64,000 nt of DNA from a virus. Lineage: Duplodnaviria > Caudoviricetes. The DNA lies in IMG/VR virus record IMGVR_UViG_3300028048_000071, positions 32,001-96,000 of that record; one strand, written 5' to 3'. The notes beneath the pieces are model-generated. The model made no database searches, was not told where the DNA came from, and was given only the letters and a program-made list of their open reading frames with translations. Positions 30,783 through 41,654 of this stretch are shown one piece after another (position 1 is the first letter of the stretch; the number at the start of each line of letters is the position of its first letter). The position numbers and the translations under genes are program-made.

Positions 30783-32137
30783 AGAATATATGCTTTCTAT
30801 AAAGATAGCTCAAAACGGGGAAACTCCTGAGAAGGACAATCCCGTGGGTAAGATTTATTTTAAATATATTATAATGAAAGGAGTAGAATTATGGCTAGTG
30901 GTAAAAGATACACTATCGAAGAATTTAAAAATAAATTATTAGATATAAATTCAAATATTGAAATTATTAGTGATGAATATATAAATAATCATACTCCTTT
31001 GAAATATAAATGCAAAATTTGTAATAATGAGTGGGAAGCAAAACCACAACATTTATTAAGAGGGCACGGATGTTTAAAGTGCCACTTAAATAAAATAAGT
31101 TTAAATATTAATGATATACAAAATAAGGTAGAAAATATTACTATTATTAGTATAGAAAATAATAAATTAAATTGTAAATGCGATATTTGTGGCTACGAAT
31201 GGCAGACTTATAAAAGCTGTATATTACAAGGTCATAAATGCCCACAATGTGCAATTAAAAGAAGAACATTAACAAATGAAGAATTTATAAATAGGTTAAA
31301 TCAAATTAATAAAAATATTATATTATTAGAAGAATATAATGGAGCACATAATAAAATAAAAGTAAAATGTAAGATTTGCAAACAAGAATATAAAGTTACT
31401 CCTAGTAATTTATTAAAGGGGAATAAATGTAAAAGTTGTTTAGAAATAGCGAGAACATATAGCAAAGAAGATATAGAAAAAAGATTAAACAAAATTTCTA
31501 TTATAGGTGAATATAAAAATACTCACACTAAAACATTATTTGAATGTAATAAATGTAAACATAAATGGAATGCTTTACCGTCTTCTATATTATATGGGAA
31601 TGGATGCCCAAATTGTTGTTTATCAAAAGGAGAAAGATTTATTAGACAATTTTTAGAAGATAAAAATATTACGTTTGAACAACAAAAAAGATTTTCAGAT
31701 TTATTTTATAAAAATATCAAAAATAAATTATCTTATGATTTTTATTTACCTGAATATAATTTGTTAATAGAATATAATGGAAAACAACATTATTCCCCTA
31801 TAGATAGATTTGGAGGAGAAGAAGCTTTTATTAAACAACAAAATAGAGATAAATTAAAAGAGCAATATGCAAAAAATAATAATTTAAACTTATTAATTAT
31901 AAAATATAATGAAAATATAGAAGAAAGACTAAAACAATATATTTAAAATAAAATCCCGTAACGACCACAGAGATATAGGTAACTATACTCGTATGCTATC
32001 CTTTCACATAATGTGATTGAAGGTATGGTCTGAACTGCAACTATAATCTTAAAATGAAATTGCAGAATTAGGTTTAACGACCTAATCGCCACGAATAAGT
32101 GGTCAGTAACCTATAAGGTGAAAGTAACAGAGTTTTG
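30783..32137 (+). ncRNA. group I self-splicing intron in tape measure gene
   Basis: P1 AGAAGGU/GCUUUCU with U.G at 30782; P3 GATAGC(30804-09)/GCTATC(31995-32000); P4 ACGGGG/TCCCGT; P6 stem enclosing the ORF; P7 GACCA(31963-67)/TGGTC(32026-30); terminal G 32137; splicing restores KTKK-V-YKEGLGW. Confidence 0.92.
30891..31946 (+). CDS. intron-encoded homing endonuclease (tandem CxxC zinc-ribbon repeats + Vsr/DUF559-like nuclease)
   Basis: four KCxxC..W/Y....L.G..CxxC repeats; SKGE...YDFYL...IEYNGKQHY...RDKLK; own AAAGGAG SD; lies in P6 loop. Confidence 0.85.
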   Translation: MASGKRYTIEEFKNKLLDINSNIEIISDEYINNHTPLKYKCKICNNEWEAKPQHLLRGHGCLKCHLNKISLNINDIQNKVENITIISIENNKLNCKCDICGYEWQTYKSCILQGHKCPQCAIKRRTLTNEEFINRLNQINKNIILLEEYNGAHNKIKVKCKICKQEYKVTPSNLLKGNKCKSCLEIARTYSKEDIEKRLNKISIIGEYKNTHTKTLFECNKCKHKWNALPSSILYGNGCPNCCLSKGERFIRQFLEDKNITFEQQKRFSDLFYKNIKNKLSYDFYLPEYNLLIEYNGKQHYSPIDRFGGEEAFIKQQNRDKLKEQYAKNNNLNLLIIKYNENIEERLKQYI

Positions 32138-33050
32138 ATATAAAGAAGGTCTTGGTTGGATTTGGACTACTGATGCCGAAGCTATTCGTGATGCTAAACA
32201 AACTTATGAAGATTTATTAAAGAATGCTACAACAAAAGAAATAGAGGAGCAAAAAGATGCCACTATAAATTCTTTAGAGGAACAAATAAATGCTCTTCAA
32301 GATTATATAGATTCTTGGGACAAAGTTCTTGATAAATTTGATAATGAGAAAAATAGAAATTTAGCAGATTTATTACTTGGGGAAAATTGGACTGAAATGG
32401 TCTCTCAATTAGACCCTCAAATAGTAGATGATTTTTCTGACGCTTATTATGAACTTCAAAAGAACTTAGAAGAAACAGAAAAACAAATAGAAGAACTTAA
32501 TAAGAAAAAAGAAGAAGAAGATGAGTATTGGGATAAATTAATAGATGACTTAGAAGAATATAAAGACAAATGGTCTGATGTAGCAGATGTTTATGAAGAA
32601 GCTCAAAATGCTCTAAAAGCACGTCAAATAATGGGTGCTAATTGGGAGCAAGATATTCTTAACAGAAGACTTGACGTATTAGAAAACTTTAAGAATAAAT
32701 ATAATGCAATACTTGCTGAAATTGATAAAGTAGATAATATGTCTACTAATCAAGCTTCTAATTATACTGCATTAAGATTACCTGGTTATGCTAATGGTGG
32801 AGAGGTGGATTATACTGGTCTTGCAGTATTACACGGAACTCCAAATAAACCAGAATATGTTCTTAATAATAATCAAATGAGAAATCTATTAGGAAATTTA
32901 ACTAAACCTAGATTTACTTCAAATTTAGAAAAAAGTTCTTCAGTTGTAAATAATTATAGTTTTGGTAATATTGAATTGCCAAATGTTACAAATGCAAGAC
33001 AATTTGCTAACGAATTAAAATCTTTATTAAATATAACTAAAAATCAATAG
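32138..33050 (+). CDS. tape measure protein, exon 2 (spliced product 1702 aa)
   Basis: frame open from 32139 (YKEGLGWIW...) into the 32397-33050 ORF; GYANGG..HGT..PEYVLN TMP C-terminal motif. Confidence 0.88.
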
Positions 33051-33106
33051 GTACCGACATAAATGTCGGAACCATAAGGTCGCCGGCGTAAATGTCGGCT
33101 TCCTTA
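33050..33106 (+). repeat. two tandem related hairpins sharing TAAATGTCGG
   Basis: CCGACAT-aa-ATGTCGG and GCCGGCGT-aa-ATGTCGGC. Confidence 0.7.
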
Positions 33107-33132
33107 AAAAATTAAAGAAAGGAGGAGAAATA

Positions 33133-35517
33133 ATGATATATCAACCTAGGTCAATTCAACCTACATATAAATCCATAGATGCAAATAGTGTTGAAGAAAT
33201 ATCTTTAGTAGTAAATACTTCAGATAGAGTAACTGCATATAAACTTACAGTTTATGATTGGGAAAATAATGTTATATATCAAGGGGACAAAGAAGATTTT
33301 GCTGTTGAACTATATAATGGAGACACTGGATTTATAGAATTAGGAAGAGATATAGGATTACAAAATGGTAATGATTATAAATGGACTGCTAGATTATATC
33401 AACCAGAAGCAGATATGTTAATAACATATGGAAATGTTCTGGAACCAACGACATACAATTATGTGGTTCCATCTGGTGGTTTAGCGGAAGATAATTATGT
33501 TGTAAAAGTTGGAGATTATGGTTTCTCTTTTATATTACCTAATGATGCTTCCGAGGATAATGTTTTATCTTATAATTCTTATGATGATACTGTTACTCTT
33601 AGATATAATAGTGGAACAAGTGAAAGTTTATTGGCTGTTACAAAAATAACATTAGGTAATTTTGCTACTTTAAATATGACAGACCAAGGAGATAATACTT
33701 ATAAATATATAGTTTCTGCAGATGGATTGAATGCGGGCGATTATTATATTGAAGTTGGTGGAAGAAATATTTGGTTTACGACATTATCAGACTTAAAAGA
33801 AAATGATTATGTTACATATAATTCTTCTACTCAAAAGGTAACACAAACTTATAATGATATAACAATAAGTTTAACTACTATCAACTCTGTTCCTTTGAAT
33901 TTTACACAAGCAGAAAATACTACAACTAATGTTTATTTAAAACAAAATATAAATATAAAATCAGATATGTTATTAAAAATAGGTGATGAAAGTAAATCTA
34001 TTTCAAGTTATGATGTTAATACTGGTTTATGTATTGTTAGTGAACCATTTACTAATATTCCTACTAAACAAGATAAATATTCTATATATTCTGATTTTAT
34101 TGAAACAACTCCAGAAAATGTTTTATATGTTAGAGAAGTTCCTACTGTAACAATAACTAATTATCAGGAAACTTTAACAACTAAAGATTATACTTTTACG
34201 GGCTCTTATGAACAATCAGACGATGTCCCACTTGTTTATTTCTTATGGAATTTATATTCTGTAACAGATAATGGTGCTTCTTTGATAAAAACATCTGGGA
34301 AGGTTTATAGTGCAAATATTCAATTTTATTATGATGGTTTTAAAACAGGGGAAACTTATAGAATAGAACTTACTTGTGAAACTGAATTTGGAGTTAAAAC
34401 AACAACTAGAGCATTGAATTTTAATGTAAATTATACTGCATTATCTTATGATGACCAGCCAGTAACAGTAAGTACAACAGACCAAGGTTTAAGAATTTCT
34501 TGGGCTACATTAACAAGTGATTCTCCTTATTCTTTATATACTCAGGGGGCAAAAGGATATATACAAACTAATAATAGTAGTTCCTCTATTATTTGGTTAG
34601 AAAGAGGGCAAACAATATATCCAGGTCAAATAATTAAAGTTGGAGAAAATGAAGTTTCAGGAGTTATAGATTCTTATAATAGAAATGATGGTAAGGCAAT
34701 TTTAAGAATACCATTAAGTTATGCTCCTGTAAATGGAGACCCTTATTATATATTAGCAGAACCAGATTACAATTTAACTGGTATTGAATTTTTAGAAGAC
34801 ACTCCATATGTAGGAGTTAATTCTGCAAAATTAGGAGATAATTATTTAGTTTATGAAAAAGATGGAGGTCTGGCTGTTTGGGATGATGAATTTACTGTCT
34901 CAATGCAATTTAGACCTGATGAAAATTTCTTTTACAGTGATAATGGAATATATAATGATATGATACAAATAGCAAGATATACTTCCGATACAGATGATGT
35001 TCACGATTTAATTATATATGCAAGAAATTATAACTTTGGATTTATGATGCCTACAACTGATGAAGATGGAGATTTAGTTGGAGGACAAATATCTCAACCT
35101 AGTGATAATAGAAGTATAGTTTATGTAAATGGAGATATAGATTTATCATCTGGATTAAAATATATTTGTTTTGTTAATTCTGGTTATGTAGAAAAAATAG
35201 AAAGTTATAATTCTGAAACTGGAGCTGTAACATTAAGTAAGCCATTAACAGATTCAATGAATCCAGCGGTTAATGATTATTATTTCTTATATTCTGCTGT
35301 TGAAGAGGCATTTTATGATAATCCAAATAATATCTTTGTATTACAACCAAGTACAGTAAAAAATATATATGCTGATTATATATGGACTGATGACGATGTA
35401 TGGAGAGATACAAATTATTGGGTTGAAGGTGGAACTCAAATTGAAAGAGCCTCAGAAAATTGGTGGAAGTTAAAATTAACAAATAATTCAATAGAAGTTA
35501 GAGAAGGAGGTGTATAA
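33133..35517 (+). CDS. tail tip/baseplate structural protein
   Basis: 794 aa beta-rich, first gene after TMP. Confidence 0.7.
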   Translation: MIYQPRSIQPTYKSIDANSVEEISLVVNTSDRVTAYKLTVYDWENNVIYQGDKEDFAVELYNGDTGFIELGRDIGLQNGNDYKWTARLYQPEADMLITYGNVLEPTTYNYVVPSGGLAEDNYVVKVGDYGFSFILPNDASEDNVLSYNSYDDTVTLRYNSGTSESLLAVTKITLGNFATLNMTDQGDNTYKYIVSADGLNAGDYYIEVGGRNIWFTTLSDLKENDYVTYNSSTQKVTQTYNDITISLTTINSVPLNFTQAENTTTNVYLKQNINIKSDMLLKIGDESKSISSYDVNTGLCIVSEPFTNIPTKQDKYSIYSDFIETTPENVLYVREVPTVTITNYQETLTTKDYTFTGSYEQSDDVPLVYFLWNLYSVTDNGASLIKTSGKVYSANIQFYYDGFKTGETYRIELTCETEFGVKTTTRALNFNVNYTALSYDDQPVTVSTTDQGLRISWATLTSDSPYSLYTQGAKGYIQTNNSSSSIIWLERGQTIYPGQIIKVGENEVSGVIDSYNRNDGKAILRIPLSYAPVNGDPYYILAEPDYNLTGIEFLEDTPYVGVNSAKLGDNYLVYEKDGGLAVWDDEFTVSMQFRPDENFFYSDNGIYNDMIQIARYTSDTDDVHDLIIYARNYNFGFMMPTTDEDGDLVGGQISQPSDNRSIVYVNGDIDLSSGLKYICFVNSGYVEKIESYNSETGAVTLSKPLTDSMNPAVNDYYFLYSAVEEAFYDNPNNIFVLQPSTVKNIYADYIWTDDDVWRDTNYWVEGGTQIERASENWWKLKLTNNSIEVREGGV

Positions 35518-35519
35518 TT

Positions 35520-36365
35520 ATGAGTGCAACTATAGATAAAGTTCAATTTAATAGTCATATAACTCTTGATTTTGCTCATTTTGAACAATTATATCAAGAT
35601 AAAAACCAAGATATTTTTGTTGAAAAATATAAGCCTGTTGCTAGTAATTATACACGTTCCTTGGTTTGTTTCGAGCCAGATGGAGATTATGATAGTAAAG
35701 GTATGACACAAGAAGCACTTGGTTATCAATTTGATATTTATAGAAATGAAATAGGAGATTCTAAATTAGTTCCTATTTATAAGACAAGTGTAGGTCAATT
35801 ATCAATAGTAGATTACAATGTAAGAAATCAAAAAGAATATCAATATTATGTATTTAAAGAAAATGAAGAATCATCTTCTAAAGCTTCTTTATCTAATATT
35901 GTGCAAACTTGTTGGTGGGATTATGCTATTATTGGTATGACTCTTGAAGATGAAGAAACCAAAACATATAAAGTAGACCCATCTGATGTTTGGTTATTTC
36001 AATCAAACGTATCAAGCGATAGTACAACTCAAAATTTTTCTAAAACAACTTATCAAACATTAATGCCTTATCCAACTGTTTCGATGGGTAAGTCTAATTA
36101 TGCAACAGGTTCATTCTCTGGATTAATAGGTAGGGTTAGAAAAAGAGGATATGATGAGGATGCTACATTGTTAGAACAATGGAATGATTTTTGTGCTAAT
36201 CCTCAATTGAAGCTATATAAAGACAGAAAGGGACATAAGTATATAGTAGATGTAACTTCAAGTTCATCAGATATTGCTGATGAAACTAGAGAGCAAGCAA
36301 CAACGGTTAGTGTTGGTTGGACTCAAATTGGGAATGCCGACGATTATGTTATTATAGGTGATTAA
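35520..36365 (+). CDS. tail protein (distal-tail-like)
   Basis: YPTV..G..NY..GSFSG and LKLYKDRKG motifs; position. Confidence 0.6.
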   Translation: MSATIDKVQFNSHITLDFAHFEQLYQDKNQDIFVEKYKPVASNYTRSLVCFEPDGDYDSKGMTQEALGYQFDIYRNEIGDSKLVPIYKTSVGQLSIVDYNVRNQKEYQYYVFKENEESSSKASLSNIVQTCWWDYAIIGMTLEDEETKTYKVDPSDVWLFQSNVSSDSTTQNFSKTTYQTLMPYPTVSMGKSNYATGSFSGLIGRVRKRGYDEDATLLEQWNDFCANPQLKLYKDRKGHKYIVDVTSSSSDIADETREQATTVSVGWTQIGNADDYVIIGD

Positions 36366-36366
36366 T

Positions 36367-37710
36367 ATGGCAAGGTCTATATATCAGGTTCAAGCACTAG
36401 CAGATATTGCAAGAGAATATTTAACGACTACTTATGGAGAATATTTAATTTTAACAAGTACATCTAATTATGATTTAGATGCTTTAGAAAAAGCTTTAGA
36501 AACAGGAAAATATGAGGCTTCTTTTAGATTATTTCTTTTACACCCAGATGAAACAATTAATTATGAAATTCCACAAGAAGATATTATTTTAGGTTCTGGG
36601 AATTATAATGAAAATTATCAGAATGGTCAAAGACGTAATTTGAATATTAATTTAGTTAATAAAGATGGTAAATATACTCCTAGTATAAATACTTTATGGG
36701 TACAACATAAATTTAGATTTGATATTGGAATATCTTTTGGAGGAGAGACATTCTGGTTTCCGAGAGGTATTTTTGTTATGGGTAATCCTAGCTCAACTCA
36801 TCAAGATTCAGATAAGCAAGTAACTTTAACATTAGAAGATAAATTTGCTTTATTAGAAGGTAAAATGGGAACATTAGAAACAACATATGAAATACCTGCT
36901 GGAACTGAAATAAAAGACGCAATAGAAGGTATTTTAACTATAGATACTGGAGCAGGTTATCCATTAGATTTAAAACCTATCATATATGACCACAATTTTG
37001 ATGGAATAGTTACTCCATATACATTAACAAAAGACCCTGGTTCTAATTTTGGTGAAATGATATTAGAACTTGCGGATATGTTAGGGGCAGAATGCTTTTA
37101 TAACGATTTAGGAAATCTATGTTTTATTGATATTAATGAAACAATACAAGACCCTAATAAACCTGTTATATGGCATTATAGTGACCAAAAGAAAGAATTT
37201 TTAGATTCTTCAACAAGTTATGATTTTAATAACATAATTAACGAAGTTCACGTTGTTGGAGACAATGTTAATGGAAAAATATTTAGTGCTATGGCAAGAA
37301 ATGATGACCCAGCATCTCCAATATGTGTGAAAAGAATAGGAAGACATATTGATTATATAAGTGATGCTGCAATATATAGTGATAAATTAGCACAAGATAG
37401 AGCTGACTATGAATTAAGATGTAAAAGTATAGTAAATACAAGTGTCTCAATTTCTGCGACATTTAATCCTTTAATATTTGTTGACAATATAATTACAATA
37501 GAAGACGAATTTTATAATTTCAAGAGAGAAAAATTTATTATTCAATCAATTAGTTACAACATAGGTGTTGATAATAAAATGACAATTACTGTATCTAATT
37601 TAACTAACGCTAATGCTGTAGATGATGAAGAGAATAGATATTTATCTGATAATGCTCACAATTTCATTACAACAGCATATGGAGAGTTTATGTTAGTAGG
37701 AAGGAGGTAA
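36367..37710 (+). CDS. tail hub/Tal-like protein
   Basis: FPRGIF, ECFYNDLGNL, INEVHVVG, AQDRADYEL; start 36367 after AGGTGA. Confidence 0.65.
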   Translation: MARSIYQVQALADIAREYLTTTYGEYLILTSTSNYDLDALEKALETGKYEASFRLFLLHPDETINYEIPQEDIILGSGNYNENYQNGQRRNLNINLVNKDGKYTPSINTLWVQHKFRFDIGISFGGETFWFPRGIFVMGNPSSTHQDSDKQVTLTLEDKFALLEGKMGTLETTYEIPAGTEIKDAIEGILTIDTGAGYPLDLKPIIYDHNFDGIVTPYTLTKDPGSNFGEMILELADMLGAECFYNDLGNLCFIDINETIQDPNKPVIWHYSDQKKEFLDSSTSYDFNNIINEVHVVGDNVNGKIFSAMARNDDPASPICVKRIGRHIDYISDAAIYSDKLAQDRADYELRCKSIVNTSVSISATFNPLIFVDNIITIEDEFYNFKREKFIIQSISYNIGVDNKMTITVSNLTNANAVDDEENRYLSDNAHNFITTAYGEFMLVGRR

Positions 37711-37715
37711 AATAA

Positions 37716-39629
37716 ATGTCTGCTAGTAAATATAAAAATGGAAAAAATAATAGTAATGGAAATAAAGACGATTTATTATCTATAAAGAATGTAATACAAG
37801 AAATTGCTCAAGCAGAAATTCAAAAATATGGACTTCCAACATACAAGGCTGCTATTGTTCAAAAGATAAATGAAGATGGAACTGTTGATGTTTATTTACC
37901 TCCAAATCAAGAAAATTTAGTTACTGGCATTTTAAATAAATGTGGAGAATTATTATTTGTTGGCGATAGTGTAGAATTAGCAACAAAGAACGGTAGTTTA
38001 ACAAATTGTTGGGTTGCTATTAAACACGGAACTATCGTTCAAGGTCAAGCAGAAGAAGTAGAAAATCTTAGTGGAGAAGTTGTAATGAAAGTTAAAAATG
38101 GAAGACTTTCAGTTACAGAATTACAAAGAGACCCTTCTCTTGGAAGTGCATTTACTATTATTGCTGAAGATATAAATCTTGATGGTATGAATATTGTTTT
38201 AAATGGTAGTAGGGGAATTACAATTAGTTCTCCTTATTTTAATGTGACAAGTCAAGGATATATAACTGCTACCGGAGGTAAAATCGGTGGTTGGGAAATG
38301 GGAGATACTAGATTATATAGTGGCTCTGGTTCAAATTATGTAGCATTAGATAGTGGAACACAAGGAACAAATTATCCTATTTGGGCTGGAAATGAAAATC
38401 CAGCAAATGCTCCTTTTAGTGTAACTAGGGGAGGAACTATAAAAGCTACTAATGGTACTATTGGAAGTTTTACATTAAATACTAATAGATTATATAGTGG
38501 TTCTGGAAACACAACTGCTGGTATTGGAGTATATGGAAGCGACCACGCATTTTGGGCTGGAAGTGAAACATCTAGTTCTGCACCATTTAGAGTTGGTCAC
38601 GGAGGAGGATTAGTTGCTACAAATGCAACCATAGAAGGTACTATTAGTGCCTCTACAATAACAGGTTCTACAATTTCAGGTAATACCATATCAGGTGGTT
38701 CTATATCTGGTACTACAATAACAGGTACAACCATTTCAGGTAATACTATTAGTGGAGGTACAATTTCAGGTACAACTATATCAGGTGGTTCCATTAATAT
38801 AGGAAATGGAGTATTTAGTGTTAATTCATCTGGTAGAATGGTTTGTTATAATTCTGGTGGAGGATATTTATCAATGAACGCTGGAACAACCCATCCTTAC
38901 GCAAGTGGTTTAAATGTTGGTTCGGCTGTTGTAATAAATGGTACAGAATTATCTAAATCAGATGGAAGATTGCGTTGTTATGGAGATTTTCAGGCTGCAA
39001 ATTTTTATACTTTAGGACACGTTCAGTGTAACGATTATATTGCTGGAAGTGCTATTAATTTATTATCTGGTAATTCAAGTGGTAGTGCATCTGGAGGAGG
39101 AATACTGATAAAAACAGGTAATGGACATATAACTTTAAACGCCGCAAATGGTGGAGGTAATGTTTATGCTTCAGGTACTGGTGTTTCTAATGCAAAAGTT
39201 GTAACGGATAATGGTAGTGCATCTAGTAAGAATACAAAAACAAATATTGAAAAATTTGCAAGTAGCGATTATAAAAAAGCTTTAAATTTATTAAGTAATA
39301 TTGATATTTATTCATATGACTATAAATATGATTTATATCAAAATAGACATCAATATGGATTTATTATAGATGAAATAGAAAAAATTGAAGGATATGAAAA
39401 ATATTTTGATTTTCATTCAGAAAAAGCTGGAGTATTTGGAGACCACTTAGATTTTTCTATGGGAGAAAAAGATTCTAATCCAGATGATGTTATAGAAGTT
39501 AAAGAATATAACAGAGATACATTAGATAAATTTATGTTAACTTGTATGAAGGCTATGCAAGATAAAATAGATAAACAAGAAGAAGAAATAAAAGAATTAA
39601 AAGAAATAATTAAAAATATAATTGTTTAG
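37716..39629 (+). CDS. central tail fibre/spike with C-terminal intramolecular chaperone (peptidase S74-like)
   Basis: GKIGGW/APFSV repeats, ISG pentapeptide repeats, SSKNTKTNI...YGFIIDEI and terminal coiled coil. Confidence 0.75.
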   Translation: MSASKYKNGKNNSNGNKDDLLSIKNVIQEIAQAEIQKYGLPTYKAAIVQKINEDGTVDVYLPPNQENLVTGILNKCGELLFVGDSVELATKNGSLTNCWVAIKHGTIVQGQAEEVENLSGEVVMKVKNGRLSVTELQRDPSLGSAFTIIAEDINLDGMNIVLNGSRGITISSPYFNVTSQGYITATGGKIGGWEMGDTRLYSGSGSNYVALDSGTQGTNYPIWAGNENPANAPFSVTRGGTIKATNGTIGSFTLNTNRLYSGSGNTTAGIGVYGSDHAFWAGSETSSSAPFRVGHGGGLVATNATIEGTISASTITGSTISGNTISGGSISGTTITGTTISGNTISGGTISGTTISGGSINIGNGVFSVNSSGRMVCYNSGGGYLSMNAGTTHPYASGLNVGSAVVINGTELSKSDGRLRCYGDFQAANFYTLGHVQCNDYIAGSAINLLSGNSSGSASGGGILIKTGNGHITLNAANGGGNVYASGTGVSNAKVVTDNGSASSKNTKTNIEKFASSDYKKALNLLSNIDIYSYDYKYDLYQNRHQYGFIIDEIEKIEGYEKYFDFHSEKAGVFGDHLDFSMGEKDSNPDDVIEVKEYNRDTLDKFMLTCMKAMQDKIDKQEEEIKELKEIIKNIIV

Positions 39630-39641
39630 GGAGGTTTTAGT

Positions 39642-39905
39642 ATGGAATTAGCTCAAATTATAACTTTAGTAACATTTATCGTTACTTTAATTTTAGGTTT
39701 TGTATCAAAAAAATCTAAATTTATTTCAAACAATTTAATACCTGTTCAAAATTTATTAATAGGATTAATTGTTGCTGTTGTTGAATGGATTATAACAAAA
39801 GACTTTAATACAGCTATCGCCTTAAGTGGTATTATGGCTGGTGGAGCTTATGATATAGTTCATAATATACAAAAAATGAAAATAGAAAATAAGGAGGAAA
39901 ACTAA
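39642..39905 (+). CDS. holin
   Basis: 87 aa, 2-3 TM helices, NNLIP, GAYD, charged C-terminus; upstream of endolysin. Confidence 0.75.
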   Translation: MELAQIITLVTFIVTLILGFVSKKSKFISNNLIPVQNLLIGLIVAVVEWIITKDFNTAIALSGIMAGGAYDIVHNIQKMKIENKEEN

Positions 39906-39907
39906 TT

Positions 39908-40039
39908 ATGATAGATGAAATCAATGAAACTGTATTAGTTGAACAAGAAGGAGATAAAGCTCCTGAAAGAGATAAAGATTTTGGTCTTTATGATGAAAAC
40001 GGAGAAATTATAAAAGAAGAAGAAAATACCGAAGAATAA
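39908..40039 (+). CDS. small acidic hypothetical protein (43 aa, not in ORF track)
   Basis: AAGGAGG SD, ATG 39908 to TAA 40039, fills holin-lysin gap. Confidence 0.55.
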   Translation: MIDEINETVLVEQEGDKAPERDKDFGLYDENGEIIKEEENTEE

Positions 40040-40052
40040 GGAGGAATGTAAA

Positions 40053-41177
40053 ATGGCAAAAGTATTTGGTATTGACATAAGCACTTGGCAAAGAGGTTAT
40101 CCTTACGCTGGAGCTACCATAGAAGGAGTTAAATTTGCTATTTTAAGAGCTGGTTATAGTCAAACAAAAGACAACCAATTTGAAACTCATTATGCAAATG
40201 CAAAAGCTCAAGGTTGGGGCGTTGGAGCATATTGGTATATGTATGCTACATCAGTTGCTGGAGCACAAGCAGAAGCAAGAGCATTTTTAAGAGCTATTGC
40301 TGGAAAACAATTTGAATATCCTATTTATCTTGATATAGAAGATTCGAGCGTTTCAAATAATACATCTAAAGCAACTAGAGATGCAATGATAAGAGCATTT
40401 GGAGAAATAATTGAATCTGCAGGATATTATTTTGGTGTTTATACTAATAAATATTGGTATTCAAGTTTAATTAGTGGTTCTGAATTAAATAAAAAATATG
40501 ATTGGTGGATTGCTCAATGGTCAACTGGAGCTCCAACTGGAGTTAATTATGGATTATGGCAATTTGGTGGAGAAACAAATTATCAAAGAAGCAATAAAGT
40601 TGCAGGAGTAACTACAGACCAAAACTGGGCTGTTAAAGATTATCCAGCAATTATGAAACAATTAGGATTAAATGGATTCCCTAAATCAGGAGGAAATACA
40701 CCTGCACCACAACCAACACCATCAACTAAATCAGTAGATGAATTAGCACGTGAAGTAATTTCTGGTAAATGGGGTAATGGTTCTGATAGAAAGAATAGAT
40801 TAACTGCTGCTGGATATGATTATAATGCAGTACAAAATAGGGTTAATGAAATTTTAGGAACAGGTTCAGCTCCTGCTAAAAAATCTAATGATGAGATAGC
40901 TAATGAGGTTATAGCAGGTAAATGGGGTAATGGAAATGAAAGAAAAGCTCGTTTAACTGCTGCAGGATATGATTATAATACTATTCAAGGTTTAGTTAAT
41001 CAAAAACTTAATGGTGGTTCAAGTTCTAATGTTATAAAATATACTGTAAAATCTGGAGATACATTATCTGGAATTGCAGCAAAATATGGAACTACATATC
41101 AAAAAATAGCTGCTGATAATGGAATTGCTAACCCTAATAAAATCTATCCAGGACAAGTTTTAACAATAAAAAAGTAA
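40053..41177 (+). CDS. endolysin: GH25 muramidase + 2x CW_7 (Cpl-7) + LysM
   Basis: [19 protein letters not shown]; two [20 protein letters not shown] repeats; [13 protein letters not shown] LysM. Confidence 0.92.
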   Translation: MAKVFGIDISTWQRGYPYAGATIEGVKFAILRAGYSQTKDNQFETHYANAKAQGWGVGAYWYMYATSVAGAQAEARAFLRAIAGKQFEYPIYLDIEDSSVSNNTSKATRDAMIRAFGEIIESAGYYFGVYTNKYWYSSLISGSELNKKYDWWIAQWSTGAPTGVNYGLWQFGGETNYQRSNKVAGVTTDQNWAVKDYPAIMKQLGLNGFPKSGGNTPAPQPTPSTKSVDELAREVISGKWGNGSDRKNRLTAAGYDYNAVQNRVNEILGTGSAPAKKSNDEIANEVIAGKWGNGNERKARLTAAGYDYNTIQGLVNQKLNGGSSSNVIKYTVKSGDTLSGIAAKYGTTYQKIAADNGIANPNKIYPGQVLTIKK

Positions 41178-41181
41178 TTTT

Positions 41182-41219
41182 TATAAAGAGATGGCTAAAT
41201 AAGGTCATCTCTTTAATAA
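41182..41219 (+). terminator. terminator-like hairpin after endolysin
   Basis: AAAGAGATGGC-loop-GTCATCTCTTT. Confidence 0.6.
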
Positions 41220-41240
41220 AGAAAATAAGGAGGATAATAT

Positions 41241-41606
41241 ATGGCTATTTTAAGAAAGAAAAAAGATAAAAATAAAAAAATAGAAATAGAAAAAGTAGAG
41301 ATTAAAGAGAATGAAGAAATTAAAGAAGAAAAGAAAATGTTGGTTGATGATAGCACAACAAATGGAGAAAAAACAAAGGTCGAAGAAATTAAGACAACAG
41401 GGGAAGAAGAAATTAAACCTAGAAAAGTATCTTTAAAGAAAGGTTCAAAAGTTATAGTAAATGGTAGATGTTTTGGGGCATCATCATTAGAATGTCCTTT
41501 GAAAACTGTAAGAAATCACGAGACAAAGATACTTGATGTAGATAAGGATAATAATTCAATTTTAATAGATGAAGGTTGGATTAGTATAGATAATTTAGTT
41601 AAATAA
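41241..41606 (+). CDS. hypothetical protein (charged N-terminus, SH3-like C-terminus)
   Basis: LKKGSKVIV...GWISIDNL; AAGGAGG SD. Confidence 0.6.
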   Translation: MAILRKKKDKNKKIEIEKVEIKENEEIKEEKKMLVDDSTTNGEKTKVEEIKTTGEEEIKPRKVSLKKGSKVIVNGRCFGASSLECPLKTVRNHETKILDVDKDNNSILIDEGWISIDNLVK

Positions 41607-41654
41607 AAAAAGGGAGTTTGGTTTTTAATATAGATTAAGAAAAGGAGGGAAAAT

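Noticed and set aside
30783-30942. C-terminus of the 1451-aa tape measure ORF
   Set aside because: It is read-through into intron core sequence (P1-P6) and the endonuclease start.
38630-38792. Tandem DNA repeat as a regulatory element
   Set aside because: Degenerate 15-nt periodicity encodes ISG/ITG pentapeptide fibre repeats.
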